In this document: positions 8,783 to 17,862 of the stretch, piece by piece | Position numbering within the stretch: the stretch's first letter is position 1 | Layout: the number at the start of each line of letters is the position of its first letter | Made by a program: the position numbers and the translations under genes | Notes under the pieces: model-generated | The model's database searches: none | What the model was told of the DNA's origin: nothing | The model's input: the letters and a program-made list of their open reading frames with translations, nothing else | Origin: a bacterium | Lineage (GTDB): Bacteria; Patescibacteriota; Minisyncoccia; Phycocordibacterales; UBA5272 | Assembly: GCA_043736875.1 (NCBI GenBank) | Contig: JAYTBU010000035.1 | Span: 1-32,024 of the forward strand | Direction: 5' to 3' | Length of the DNA: 32,024 bases

Positions 8783-9907
8783 TTAATTTTCTAATGAAAG
8801 ATTTGGATCGGCACGTAGATTAACAGCTTCTTTTTGAGTAAGTGGTTTTATATTATTTTGTATTTTGATAAAAGCCATAGCTGCTATCATTACAGCATTG
8901 TCAGTAGATAGATTTTTTTCTGGCAAGTGTATGTTCAGATTATCTTTTTCACAAATATCAGAAAGTGTTTTTCTTATGTGTGTATTTGCAGATACACCGC
9001 CACCAACTATTAGGCTCTTTGCATTGTATAAGTAAAGCGCCTCACGAGTTTTTTTAGAGAGCACGTCTGTAACTGCATTTTCAAATTCCATACAGAACAT
9101 TTCTAACTCACTTTTTTCTAATTTATGTCTTTCCACTTTACTTATGACACTAGTTTTTAGTCCTGAAAAAGAAAAATTAAGATCATGGCTGTGTAACATG
9201 GGTCTCGGTAAGCGGAGCTCTTCACGTACGACACCTGTCTTTTTTCTGGCAAGGTTAGCAAGCTTGCTTATTTCTGGTCCACCAGGATAAGGCAGTCCGA
9301 GAGTGCGAGCAGATTTATCAAAGCATTCACCTACAGCATCATCGAGGGTAACCCCCACTTTTTTATATTTATAAATATTCTCTATTTTATTTTCTGACAC
9401 ATTTATATCTTTTTTATTTTGGGTTATGCTTATAATCTCTGTGTGTCCACCAGAAATAAGCAATGCAATAGACGGCAAGCTGGGCGCATTTATTTTAAAA
9501 GTATCTTCATTTACCTTGGACATAAGTGATGCGTATATATGGCCCTCCATGTGATTGATGGGGTAGAGAGGTATATTATATTCTCTGCTTATTTTTTTGG
9601 CTATCTCTATACCTGTCCAAAGCGCAGGGGAAAGTCCAGGCCCATTTGTAACGGCGATAGCGTCTATTTTTTTAAAATTATTTTCATTGCCGATTGCTTG
9701 CTCTAGGAGTATCGGTAGGTTTTTTAGATGTTCACGTTTTGCGACATTTGGATAGACTCCGCCATATTCTCGGTGTATATCTATTTGGGATATGAGTAGA
9801 TTTTTTTCAATAGTAAAAGAAGAGGAAATCTCTTTGTCAGATTTTCTAAAGTTTATTATGCATATTGCTGTCTCGTCGCAGCTAGTCTCTATCGCAAGTA
9901 GTCTCAT
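8783..9907 (-). CDS. tsaD: tRNA N6-adenosine threonylcarbamoyltransferase TsaD
   Basis: LAIETSCDET, GPGL, NHMEGH, SGGHT, DDAVGECFDK and TDNAVMIA motifs. Start moved to ATG 9907 (MRLL). Confidence 0.97.
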   Translation of the reverse strand: MRLLAIETSCDETAICIINFRKSDKEISSSFTIEKNLLISQIDIHREYGGVYPNVAKREHLKNLPILLEQAIGNENNFKKIDAIAVTNGPGLSPALWTGIEIAKKISREYNIPLYPINHMEGHIYASLMSKVNEDTFKINAPSLPSIALLISGGHTEIISITQNKKDINVSENKIENIYKYKKVGVTLDDAVGECFDKSARTLGLPYPGGPEISKLANLARKKTGVVREELRLPRPMLHSHDLNFSFSGLKTSVISKVERHKLEKSELEMFCMEFENAVTDVLSKKTREALYLYNAKSLIVGGGVSANTHIRKTLSDICEKDNLNIHLPEKNLSTDNAVMIAAMAFIKIQNNIKPLTQKEAVNLRADPNLSLEN

Positions 9908-9913
9908 GTTTTT

Positions 9914-9922
9914 ATTATAACA
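9914..9922 (-). promoter_or_regulatory. Extended -10 promoter (TGTTATAAT), leaderless type, for tsaD
   Basis: Minus strand reads TGTTATAAT-AAAAAC-ATG. Confidence 0.75.
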
Positions 9923-10027
9923 CAAATAAATATATTTTTAAATTAAAAAGCTATAGTAAAATATATTTGTGAAAAGTTAAAAATACTACACACCCATTTC
10001 GTATTGTGTTATACTATTTAAAAGAAT

Positions 10028-10468
10028 ATGAAAATAAATATAATTTATATAGGTAGTAAAAAAAGTGTACATAGTGAGCAGATAGACGAATATAAAAAAA
10101 GATTAACCAGATACGCTGACATAGACGAGCTTCGTATAGAGCATAGTGACATAAAAAAAGAGGGAGATATAATAGAAAACAAAATAGAAAAAAGTGATTA
10201 TGTTTTACTGCTAGACGAAACAGGTAGTGCTATGAGCAGTATAGACTTTGCAGAGTTTATAGATGCAAGGCAAAATAGTAGCGTCAAAAAACTTGTTATA
10301 ATTATCGGCGGAGCATATGGAGTTAGTGAAAATATAAAAGAAAGAGCAAATAACACAATGTCACTGAGCAAGATGGTTTTCCCGCACGAGCTAGCTCGCC
10401 TTATAATATGGGAGCAGTTATACAGAGCTTATAGTATTTTGGGTGGGGGATTGTATCATCATGAGTAG
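10028..10468 (+). CDS. rlmH: 23S rRNA pseudouridine-1915 N3-methyltransferase
   Basis: LLDETG...SS..FA, IIGGAYG and SLSKMVFPHELARLIIWEQLYRA...YH SPOUT motifs. Confidence 0.96.
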   Translation: MKINIIYIGSKKSVHSEQIDEYKKRLTRYADIDELRIEHSDIKKEGDIIENKIEKSDYVLLLDETGSAMSSIDFAEFIDARQNSSVKKLVIIIGGAYGVSENIKERANNTMSLSKMVFPHELARLIIWEQLYRAYSILGGGLYHHE

Positions 10469-10476
10469 TTACTGAT

Positions 10477-10505
10477 TTGACAACAGTATTTTAAAATAGT
10501 ATAAT
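10477..10505 (+). promoter_or_regulatory. Perfect consensus sigma70 promoter
   Basis: TTGACA (10477-10482), 17 bp spacer, TATAAT (10500-10505). Confidence 0.85.
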
Positions 10506-10567
10506 CCACTAGGTTAATATAGTGTACCGATTTTAAAACACTTGTTCTTTTTAGATAGGTTATCATT

Positions 10568-11197
10568 ATGAGTAATTTTTTACGGTCATCAGAAACTCTA
10601 AAGTTAGCTTCATCTCTGCTTGAGTGTGCTTCTCAGTGTTTTTTTTCAGAGAAAGATATTGTCTTTCTTGTTAACAGTAAAGATAAACAGCAACAACTTC
10701 GAGAATTTTTACAAAAGCTTATTAGCCCCATATATGATTTTACTGATAAGAGTAAAATACAGACCTCTAAAGATCAAAACCTGTCTAACTTGATCCAGAT
10801 GGGTAAATACTCTCAGTATGATATAGACTCTTTTTTGAAGAGGCACCCTGATTTACCAATTTCTTATGATTGGGGTAATTATGAGTACCGATTGGTCAGC
10901 TTTGACAAGCCTGTCAGTGAAAAAGAGTTTTTGGAGGAGCTGAACCGAGATAGTTTCCTGAGTGCTTCTATTCGTCATCTACTGGTCTACGGAGCGATGT
11001 TTCCAGAATCTGATGACTGTATTGTCTCGACTCGGCTGAGTAACATTATTGATGGGCAGTTGTGTTGTCCGGCTATTTTTAAGGATAAGAAACATGAACG
11101 TCGCGAACTAACATCATGGAGAATGTCTTCTTTAAAAAATCTACAGCCAGTCGAGAGACGTTTTTTTCTCACTGTAAAAAAGCTTAGTAAATGTTAG
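10568..11197 (+). CDS. Hypothetical protein (monocistronic orphan)
   Basis: 209-aa ORF bracketed by its own promoter and terminator; no confident family assignment. Confidence 0.75.
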   Translation: MSNFLRSSETLKLASSLLECASQCFFSEKDIVFLVNSKDKQQQLREFLQKLISPIYDFTDKSKIQTSKDQNLSNLIQMGKYSQYDIDSFLKRHPDLPISYDWGNYEYRLVSFDKPVSEKEFLEELNRDSFLSASIRHLLVYGAMFPESDDCIVSTRLSNIIDGQLCCPAIFKDKKHERRELTSWRMSSLKNLQPVERRFFLTVKKLSKC

Positions 11198-11214
11198 TCG
11201 GTAATAAGAGCAGC

Positions 11215-11246
11215 AAACCCCTTCTATTTTAGAAGGGGTTTTATTT
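11215..11246 (+). terminator. Intrinsic terminator
   Basis: AAACCCCTTCTA-TTT-TAGAAGGGGTTT followed by a T-rich tract. Confidence 0.8.
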
Positions 11247-11284
11247 ATATAAAACATGTATATATTAAAATAGTGTAGATACTC

Positions 11285-11313
11285 TTGAAAAAAGATTGGA
11301 AATGTAGTATAAT
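11285..11313 (+). promoter_or_regulatory. sigma70 promoter of rpmE
   Basis: TTGAAA, 17 bp spacer, TATAAT. Confidence 0.7.
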
Positions 11314-11347
11314 ACACAAATAATATAAAAAGTAAGAAAATAACTAT

Positions 11348-11557
11348 ATGAAATCAGACATACATCCAAAATACACAACAGAGACAGATACTACATGTAT
11401 CTGCGGGGCAACGTATAATTTTGGCTCTACATTAAAAGATGTAAAGATTGAAATCTGCGCATCGTGCCATCCATTTTATACGGGACAAGAAAAATCTTTG
11501 GACACTACAGGTAGAGTAGATAAATTTAAAAAGCGTGTAGCGAAAGCGACAGCTTAA
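11348..11557 (+). CDS. rpmE: 50S ribosomal protein L31 (Zn-binding type)
   Basis: MKSDIHPKY, CxC, CxxCHPFYTG and GRVDKF motifs. Confidence 0.97.
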   Translation: MKSDIHPKYTTETDTTCICGATYNFGSTLKDVKIEICASCHPFYTGQEKSLDTTGRVDKFKKRVAKATA

Positions 11558-11963
11558 TATTTTTCTCGCCCCATACTTGTATGGTGTCAGGTTCTAAAAT
11601 ATCAACATAATAGAGACAGTCATCAGTGGTGACTGTTTTTATTTTACCAAGAGTATAGGTGTCAGTATTTTTATTATAAATGTATATCGCCACCTCGCCA
11701 TCTGTACATGCGACAACCAGGTCACCATTTTCAAATTCTGCCACATCTTCTATATTCACCAGCCACCCATCAGTACTGGTTATCTTTTCTAGGTATTTTT
11801 CAGTGGCGGAAGCGAAGCTTCCGCCACTAAGCAGGCCACCTTTTTCTACGACCTTTATCAAGCCATCTTCACCAGCCGCTACTTTTTTACCAGAAGCTAA
11901 AACTTTTACAACATTTACTTGTGCACTATAACCTTTTTCATCTGTAAGGGTTTCTGTTTTCAT
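11526..11963 (-). CDS. Small WD40-like repeat protein
   Basis: VNVVKVLASGKKVAAGEDGLIKV and IEDVAEFENGDLVVACTDGEVAIY resemble propeller blades. Start moved to ATG 11963, 6 nt after TGTTATAAT. Confidence 0.6.
   Translation of the reverse strand: MKTETLTDEKGYSAQVNVVKVLASGKKVAAGEDGLIKVVEKGGLLSGGSFASATEKYLEKITSTDGWLVNIEDVAEFENGDLVVACTDGEVAIYIYNKNTDTYTLGKIKTVTTDDCLYYVDILEPDTIQVWGEKNIKLSLSLHAF
11802..11828 (+). repeat. Perfect 12-bp intragenic inverted repeat with C-GAA-G triloop
   Basis: AGTGGCGGAAGC-GAA-GCTTCCGCCACT. Confidence 0.9.
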
Positions 11964-12011
11964 GATACAATTATAACACAAAAATATTTATTTATTTGTA
12001 TTATTTTTATT

Positions 12012-12458
12012 TTAGTATTTAAATATTTCTTCTATCTTCTCTCTTGTGTTGCTCAATTGATTCTCAAATAAAAGATATTTACCCAGCTCTTCGTATTTAA
12101 CCCATTTGCAGGATCTGACCTCACCTCCTTGTATCCTTATCTCACTCTCGTCACCTATAAAACTAAAACCAAAAAAGTATCTCTCCGAGCCAATATATTC
12201 TTTTCCGTCTTTAAAGAGTTTAATTTTTGTAAATTTAAATAAAAGAGAACGATCACTCTTTCCCACAAACTCTAAAGATTTTTTTTCTACACCAATCTCT
12301 TCTTTTATTTCTCTGTAACAAGCTTGCTCCAGTGTTTCATTTTCTTCTAGACCACCACCAAGAATAGCAAAATATTTCTCTTCAAAAGATTCTAAATTAA
12401 GCAAAAGAAATTCTTTATTTTGATTAATTATTAATGCTGATATTCCTTTTCTATACAT
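12012..12458 (-). CDS. NUDIX hydrolase
   Basis: Nudix box GGLEENETLEQACYREIKEEIG. Preceded by TGTTATAAT-6 nt-ATG. Confidence 0.9.
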   Translation of the reverse strand: MYRKGISALIINQNKEFLLLNLESFEEKYFAILGGGLEENETLEQACYREIKEEIGVEKKSLEFVGKSDRSLLFKFTKIKLFKDGKEYIGSERYFFGFSFIGDESEIRIQGGEVRSCKWVKYEELGKYLLFENQLSNTREKIEEIFKY

Positions 12459-12577
12459 AATATTATTATAACATAAAAATATATAGTGTGTAAAAAGATA
12501 ATAAAGAGAGTATACAAAAAATTTGCTTTGCTAAGCTATGTTTCTATGTTATTATATATTTATAAAAAATAAAATAT

Positions 12578-13006
12578 ATGGACCTACAAATAAAATTACA
12601 AAATACAACACTTAAAATAAGAGTGGCGGGGCTAATAAAAACAAAAGATGGTTATCTTTTTGAAAAACAAAGTAAAGATAATTATTTTTTTCTTGTTGGG
12701 GGTAAAGTTATGTTAAATGAATCCTCAGAAGAGACAATAAAAAGAGAAATAAAAGAAGAGATAAATATGGAGGTAAGAGAAGTTAATCAAAAAAGTGTTA
12801 TTGAAAACTTTTACACTTCTTTTGGGGAAAATATACATGAGATATGTTTTGTTTATGAGGTAAAAGAAATATTTTCTGGCGAGATTCCTTTTGGTTTTGT
12901 AGAAATTGCTTTTGATGATTTAGATAAAAATGATATAAGGCCGATAGTTATAAAAGATATATTAAAAAGTGAAAAGAGTATTTTCAAGAATTATATTATA
13001 AAATAG
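12578..13006 (+). CDS. NUDIX hydrolase
   Basis: Nudix box GGKVMLNESSEETIKREIKEEIN; IENFY...HEI.F.Y. Confidence 0.88.
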   Translation: MDLQIKLQNTTLKIRVAGLIKTKDGYLFEKQSKDNYFFLVGGKVMLNESSEETIKREIKEEINMEVREVNQKSVIENFYTSFGENIHEICFVYEVKEIFSGEIPFGFVEIAFDDLDKNDIRPIVIKDILKSEKSIFKNYIIK

Positions 13007-13090
13007 AGTGTAAAAACTTTTACTTATACACATAACAAAAAGTCTGTATTTTATTTATATGTTATAATATAAGTATAACAAATAAAATAT

Positions 13091-13867
13091 ATGCAAAAAG
13101 AATTATTCAGTTTTGGTTTAACGTCACTTTATAAAGTATTAACTGTTTTAGTTTCTATACTTTGTGTGCTGGCTATTATTTATACTGTCAACACATACAA
13201 AGAGGGTAAGATAATAGGATCAAGTGCCACAAATATAATCTCGGTCAGTGGCAAAGGAGAAGTAAAAGCCGTGCCAGATATTGCAAATATAAACATAACA
13301 ATACGTGAGTCAGGTATTGTCTCAAAAGAGGCAGAAGAAAAAGTGTCTATAAAAACAGACAAATTTTTAAAAGAAATAAAAACACTTATAAATGAAAAAG
13401 ATATAAAAACAGAAAGTTATAATGTTAATCCAAAATATAATTATGGTGTAAATAATAATTATGGCAATCCAAAAATAGAAGGTTATGAAGTGAGTCAAAA
13501 CATAACATTAAAAGTAACTGATGTTAAAAATGTTGCAAAAGTTTTAGAGATGATAACAAACAATGGTATAGGGGAAATGTCTGGTCCAAATTATCAAACA
13601 GATGAGATTGGTAAATATACCGATGAGGCAAGAGCAATAGCTATAAAAGATGCAAAGGAAAATGCTAGAAAATTAGCAGAGCAGCTTGGCGTTGATATTG
13701 TTCGTATGACAAGTTTTTCTGAAAATGGAGATTACAGCCCTGCTGCATATGCTCGTATGGAAAAATCTCTCGGTGCAGCTCAAAGTGTGCAAGATTTTGC
13801 TCCTCAAATACCAACAGGAGAAAATACTATAAAATCAAATGTAACCATAACTTTTGAGATAAAATAG
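13091..13867 (+). CDS. SIMPL/DUF541 (BP26-like) protein
   Basis: N-terminal TM helix; ISVSGKGEVKAVPDIA, AR..AI.DAK..A..LA and V.ITFEI motifs. Confidence 0.9.
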   Translation: MQKELFSFGLTSLYKVLTVLVSILCVLAIIYTVNTYKEGKIIGSSATNIISVSGKGEVKAVPDIANINITIRESGIVSKEAEEKVSIKTDKFLKEIKTLINEKDIKTESYNVNPKYNYGVNNNYGNPKIEGYEVSQNITLKVTDVKNVAKVLEMITNNGIGEMSGPNYQTDEIGKYTDEARAIAIKDAKENARKLAEQLGVDIVRMTSFSENGDYSPAAYARMEKSLGAAQSVQDFAPQIPTGENTIKSNVTITFEIK

Positions 13868-13888
13868 TTACTAATAATTTTTGCAAAT

Positions 13889-16648
13889 ATGAATAATACA
13901 CCTATTTTTAATAATCCAACAGAGGAGATAGAGTATTTGCGTGCAAAAATAAAAGAAAAAGAATTATCTCTGCAAAATATCCCAAACAGATACGAGGTTG
14001 CTGACCATGCAAAAAGTGTAATTAGGGAACACAAAGAAAATGTACAAAGTGCAGAAGTAAATCCAAGTAATCAAAATATAAATACTTTAAATAAAAGTAC
14101 TCAGTCGCTAAGTGGCGAGGTATTAGAAGTCAAAAATATTTTACACACTTTATCTGGAAAAGATACGGATAGACAGGTGGCGCAGCTGGCGAGTGTGATG
14201 TTGGACAGAGGTGTCAGATTCGCAATAGACATAGCAGAGAAGATAAATAAACCAGAAATAGAAGATGACTTTCACAAGTTTTTAATTAATTATCTACTCT
14301 CAGATCACAATGATAAAGAAAAAGATATAAGTAAAAAAGAATGGAAGGCATTACATTTAAAATTATTTGAAATAGTACCACCACCATTTGATCCGGCAGG
14401 AGAAAAAAAAGACATAAAACAATATTGTCAATTGATGGAGCAGATGTATGCTGCATTGCAAATGATAGCAAATGATCCGGAAAATAGTAAAGACAATTAT
14501 TATAGTTTAGAATTGTCTATTGCCAACGGTTCAAATCAGGTGGTATTTTATGTGGCTGTGCCTGTAGAAGTGGAGGCTATACTTGAAAAGACCTTGCAGG
14601 GTTATTTCCCTGGTATAGAAGTGAGAGAAAAAAAAGAGGATTATAATATCTTTCACGATAAAGGTTATCAAGTTGCAGCTATAGCAAATCAGCATGAAAA
14701 TGCAGCTCTTCCAATAAAAACATATAAAACTTTAGAGGGTGATCCTATAACTGTAATTATAAACTCTTTTGCAAAATTACAAAAACATGGTGAAGGAGCA
14801 GCTATGCAAATACTTGTCAGGCCTGTTGGTGATACTTTTAAAAAGTCTTTTGGTAAAACTTTGGACAATATGCAAAAAGGAGGAGATAATTTTTCAAAAG
14901 CTTTAGATAGAGAATCTTTTTTTAAAGGAGCTGTTATGTCATTTTCTGAAATGATGAAAGATAAAAGTGAAAATGACAAAAATAAAGAAAAAGAAAAATC
15001 ATACAAGGATAATGAACATACAAAACTTATCACAGAAAAACTTTCTAGTACTATAGTGGACACAAATATCAGGTTATATGCCAGTGCTGCGAACCTAGAT
15101 AGGGCAAAGTTTATAATAAGTGATATGAAAGCTAGCTTTAAACAGTACACAGAAAATAATGGTAATTATCTTGATTTTACAGATTATGATATAAAAGACC
15201 TGATCACTCATACTCACGATTTTACATACAGATTATGGAAAAATGAAGAGTCCTTGCCGCTTAATTTTTCAGAGCTTGCGACGCTCTATCATGTGCCTGG
15301 GTATGTAAAAGATTTTATACAAGTTAAAACTGCAAAAATGGTTATGGCACCAGCGCCGCTAGACTTGCCTCAGGAGGGGGTGCTACTTGGCTACAATGAA
15401 TTTCGCGATATAAAAACTCCGGTGCATTTGGGGCGTGAAGACAGGGTGCGTCATTTGTATGTACTCGGTCAGACGGGTACAGGTAAGACTGTGACTCTTA
15501 AAAATCTAATAATACAAGATATATTAAACGGTGACGGTTGTTGCATGATAGATCCTCATGGTGATGATGTGAATGAGATACTCGCAAATGTCCCTCCCGA
15601 GCGTTATGATGATGTAATTTATTTTGACCCAGGATATGCGCCCATGCCTATGGGGCTCAATATGTTGGAGTATGATCCAGAATTTCCAGAATTAAAAACA
15701 CTGGTTATTAATGAGCTTTTAGGGATTTTCAATAAACTTTTTGACATGAAGTCTAGTGGTGGTGCTGGGTTCGAGGCTATGTTTCGTAATGCTACGCAGC
15801 TGGTGATGGAGCATCCAGAAAGTGGTAATACTTTACTTGAAATATCTCGCGTATTATCAGACAAAGATTTTCGTGACTATAAACTTTCCAAATGTAAAAA
15901 CCCAATGATACATCAGTATTGGAAAAATGCAGAAGCGACAACAGGTGATCAAGGGCTAGCCAACTGGGTGCCATTTATTAACAGTAAAATAGATCCATTT
16001 TTGACCAATGACATATTGCGCCCTGTAGTAGCGCAGGAGAAATCAGCTTTTAATATACGCGAGATTATGGACAAGAAAAAAATATTTTTGGTTAATCTGT
16101 CCAAAGGAAAACTTGGAGAGATAAACGCTAACCTGATAGGGCTTATACTGATAGGTAAATTTGCCCAGGCGGCGCTCGCTAGAGTAAACAGTAAAGAGAG
16201 GCCAGACTTTTATCTATACCTCGACGAGTTTCAAAATGTGGTAACACCTGCCATATCATCTATATTGTCAGAAGCTAGAAAGTATAGACTTAGCTTAAAT
16301 ATCGCTCATCAGTTTTTAGGACAGTTACCTCCGGATATTAAAGATGCTGTTTTTGGTAATGTTGGTAACATGTGTATCGGTCGCGTGGGTCCAGACGATG
16401 CTCAGTTTTTAGAGAAACAATTTGCTCCAACATTTACTGCATCTGATATTATGCGCATAGAAAATCAAAATAGTTATGCAAAGATACTGAGTAAAGGCAT
16501 GCCACAAAAAGCATTTTCACTGCATATACCATTTAACAACAGAGGTAATCCAGAAGTAGCTGAGATGCTAAAGAAAATGAGTTATGAAAAATATGGCAGA
16601 CCAAGAGAGGAAGTGGAGGAGGAGATACTGAGTAAGTATAATATTTGA
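13889..16648 (+). CDS. VirD4/TraD/HerA-like P-loop ATPase (type IV secretion coupling-protein-like)
   Basis: RHLYVLGQTGTGKT (Walker A), IDPHGD, LYLDEFQ (Walker B), SEARKYRL...AHQ. Confidence 0.88.
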   Translation: MNNTPIFNNPTEEIEYLRAKIKEKELSLQNIPNRYEVADHAKSVIREHKENVQSAEVNPSNQNINTLNKSTQSLSGEVLEVKNILHTLSGKDTDRQVAQLASVMLDRGVRFAIDIAEKINKPEIEDDFHKFLINYLLSDHNDKEKDISKKEWKALHLKLFEIVPPPFDPAGEKKDIKQYCQLMEQMYAALQMIANDPENSKDNYYSLELSIANGSNQVVFYVAVPVEVEAILEKTLQGYFPGIEVREKKEDYNIFHDKGYQVAAIANQHENAALPIKTYKTLEGDPITVIINSFAKLQKHGEGAAMQILVRPVGDTFKKSFGKTLDNMQKGGDNFSKALDRESFFKGAVMSFSEMMKDKSENDKNKEKEKSYKDNEHTKLITEKLSSTIVDTNIRLYASAANLDRAKFIISDMKASFKQYTENNGNYLDFTDYDIKDLITHTHDFTYRLWKNEESLPLNFSELATLYHVPGYVKDFIQVKTAKMVMAPAPLDLPQEGVLLGYNEFRDIKTPVHLGREDRVRHLYVLGQTGTGKTVTLKNLIIQDILNGDGCCMIDPHGDDVNEILANVPPERYDDVIYFDPGYAPMPMGLNMLEYDPEFPELKTLVINELLGIFNKLFDMKSSGGAGFEAMFRNATQLVMEHPESGNTLLEISRVLSDKDFRDYKLSKCKNPMIHQYWKNAEATTGDQGLANWVPFINSKIDPFLTNDILRPVVAQEKSAFNIREIMDKKKIFLVNLSKGKLGEINANLIGLILIGKFAQAALARVNSKERPDFYLYLDEFQNVVTPAISSILSEARKYRLSLNIAHQFLGQLPPDIKDAVFGNVGNMCIGRVGPDDAQFLEKQFAPTFTASDIMRIENQNSYAKILSKGMPQKAFSLHIPFNNRGNPEVAEMLKKMSYEKYGRPREEVEEEILSKYNI

Positions 16649-16665
16649 TTCTAGTAAGAAAATAA

Positions 16666-16698
16666 AAAAGTGTTTGCAAATATTTTGCAAACACTTTT
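16666..16698. terminator. Perfect 15-bp inverted repeat, probable bidirectional terminator
   Basis: AAAAGTGTTTGCAAA-TAT-TTTGCAAACACTTTT between convergent genes. Confidence 0.85.
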
Positions 16699-16708
16699 AG
16701 GTCTTAAA

Positions 16709-16924
16709 CTATTTCTGTCTATTTTTAAATTTATATTTTAATCTCCTCCAGAAATTTTCAATTTCTGGAGTTTTTGCTTTTAATGCTGCGTCAGCTTTGT
16801 TAAAAGAAAAATGTATAAAGAGCGCAGAAGTTATCAGTCCCAGCCCCCAGAATATAAGCTTTAATTTAAGCAAGATGAGCAAAAGTACTCCTACAGCTAC
16901 CCACAAAAATGTTTTCATAATCAT
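16709..16924 (-). CDS. Small two-TM membrane protein
   Basis: Hydrophobic N-terminal half and basic tail; TAATG stop/start overlap with the upstream gene. Confidence 0.6.
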   Translation of the reverse strand: MIMKTFLWVAVGVLLLILLKLKLIFWGLGLITSALFIHFSFNKADAALKAKTPEIENFWRRLKYKFKNRQK

Positions 16925-17643
16925 TACTCCTTATTTTTAGTTTCAAGAAATGGTTTAACTTTTTGATGTAGACGTAAACCAACATCAAACACACTGTATA
17001 ACTTGTATATCCAGTAAATTGCGAATATCTCATACTCAGAAAGATAATTTATATTCTTCTCAGAATTAGCAGAAGTTTCATATTTCCACCATTCTTTTAA
17101 AAATTTTTTCCAGTCTTTTGCTCTAGATAAAAAATCAGCATCAAAGTATAAGTTACTAAAACCAGAAAAAATCACAAATGTATCATTAAATTTCTCATGA
17201 TCAGCCATCTCTATTTTATGAGAGTGTAGATATGCATGAGCAACTTCATGTGCCAGTGTTCTGACTATTTCTTCGGTGCCGTAAGTTAAAACATTTAAAC
17301 TAACTTTAATCTTGAATGTATAAGATTCAAAATCTTTAGACTCTGTGTCTGGTATGTTTTTTGGTATAGATATACTTGCAAGTGTGCCAGCTGGCATATC
17401 TATCAAAGAGAGATCAAAATTACATTTTAAACCATAATGCTTTGCTATATCCTCCGCTACAAAAGTTAATGTATTAACATTATCTAGTTTATAGCTTTTT
17501 GCCAAGGACAAATCATAAGAGTAGGGCAGCCCCGACTCTTTGTATATTTCTATAGATTTCTTTATGTATTCAGGTATTATAAATATGTCAAAAGATGTGA
17601 GCATTACTCGCCTCCTTACTATGTTATATATGTTATTGAACAT
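16924..17643 (-). CDS. HExxH zinc metallopeptidase-like protein (ImmA/IrrE-like); start uncertain
   Basis: RTLAHEVAHAYL...HEKFND motif. The ORF is open to 17691; ATG 17643 was chosen as a plausible start. Confidence 0.6.
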   Translation of the reverse strand: MFNNIYNIVRRRVMLTSFDIFIIPEYIKKSIEIYKESGLPYSYDLSLAKSYKLDNVNTLTFVAEDIAKHYGLKCNFDLSLIDMPAGTLASISIPKNIPDTESKDFESYTFKIKVSLNVLTYGTEEIVRTLAHEVAHAYLHSHKIEMADHEKFNDTFVIFSGFSNLYFDADFLSRAKDWKKFLKEWWKYETSANSEKNINYLSEYEIFAIYWIYKLYSVFDVGLRLHQKVKPFLETKNKE

Positions 17644-17721
17644 TTTTTTTGCTAATAATTTTAGTAGCAAAAACCTCTTATAATATAGCATATTTTTAAG
17701 CTTTTAACAAAGTGTTTTTTG

Positions 17722-17730
17722 TGGTATAAT
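17722..17730 (+). promoter_or_regulatory. Extended -10 promoter for the tRNA-Cys/mreB unit
   Basis: TG-G-TATAAT, 45 nt upstream of the degenerate tRNA copy. Confidence 0.55.
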
Positions 17731-17775
17731 ATGTATATAAGATTTTATCTATAAAATAGTAAATTTTTAAAAAAA

Positions 17776-17844
17776 GATGCAGTGGCGAAGTGGTAACCAT
17801 AATGGTCTGCCAGAAAAAATAGACACCATGCGCAGATTGAGATT
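17776..17844 (+). pseudogene. Degenerate tandem copy of tRNA-Cys
   Basis: Three blocks identical to the tRNA, in order: 22 nt (17776-17797), TGGTCTGC (17803-17810) and CACCATGCGC (17824-17833). No TTC loop or 3' acceptor strand. Confidence 0.75.
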
Positions 17845-17862
17845 GGGATAGGGTTAAAATAT

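Noticed and set aside
10387-10398. Palindrome CGAGCTAGCTCG in rlmH
   Set aside because: Short, has no GNA loop and encodes the conserved HELAR motif; compatible with chance.
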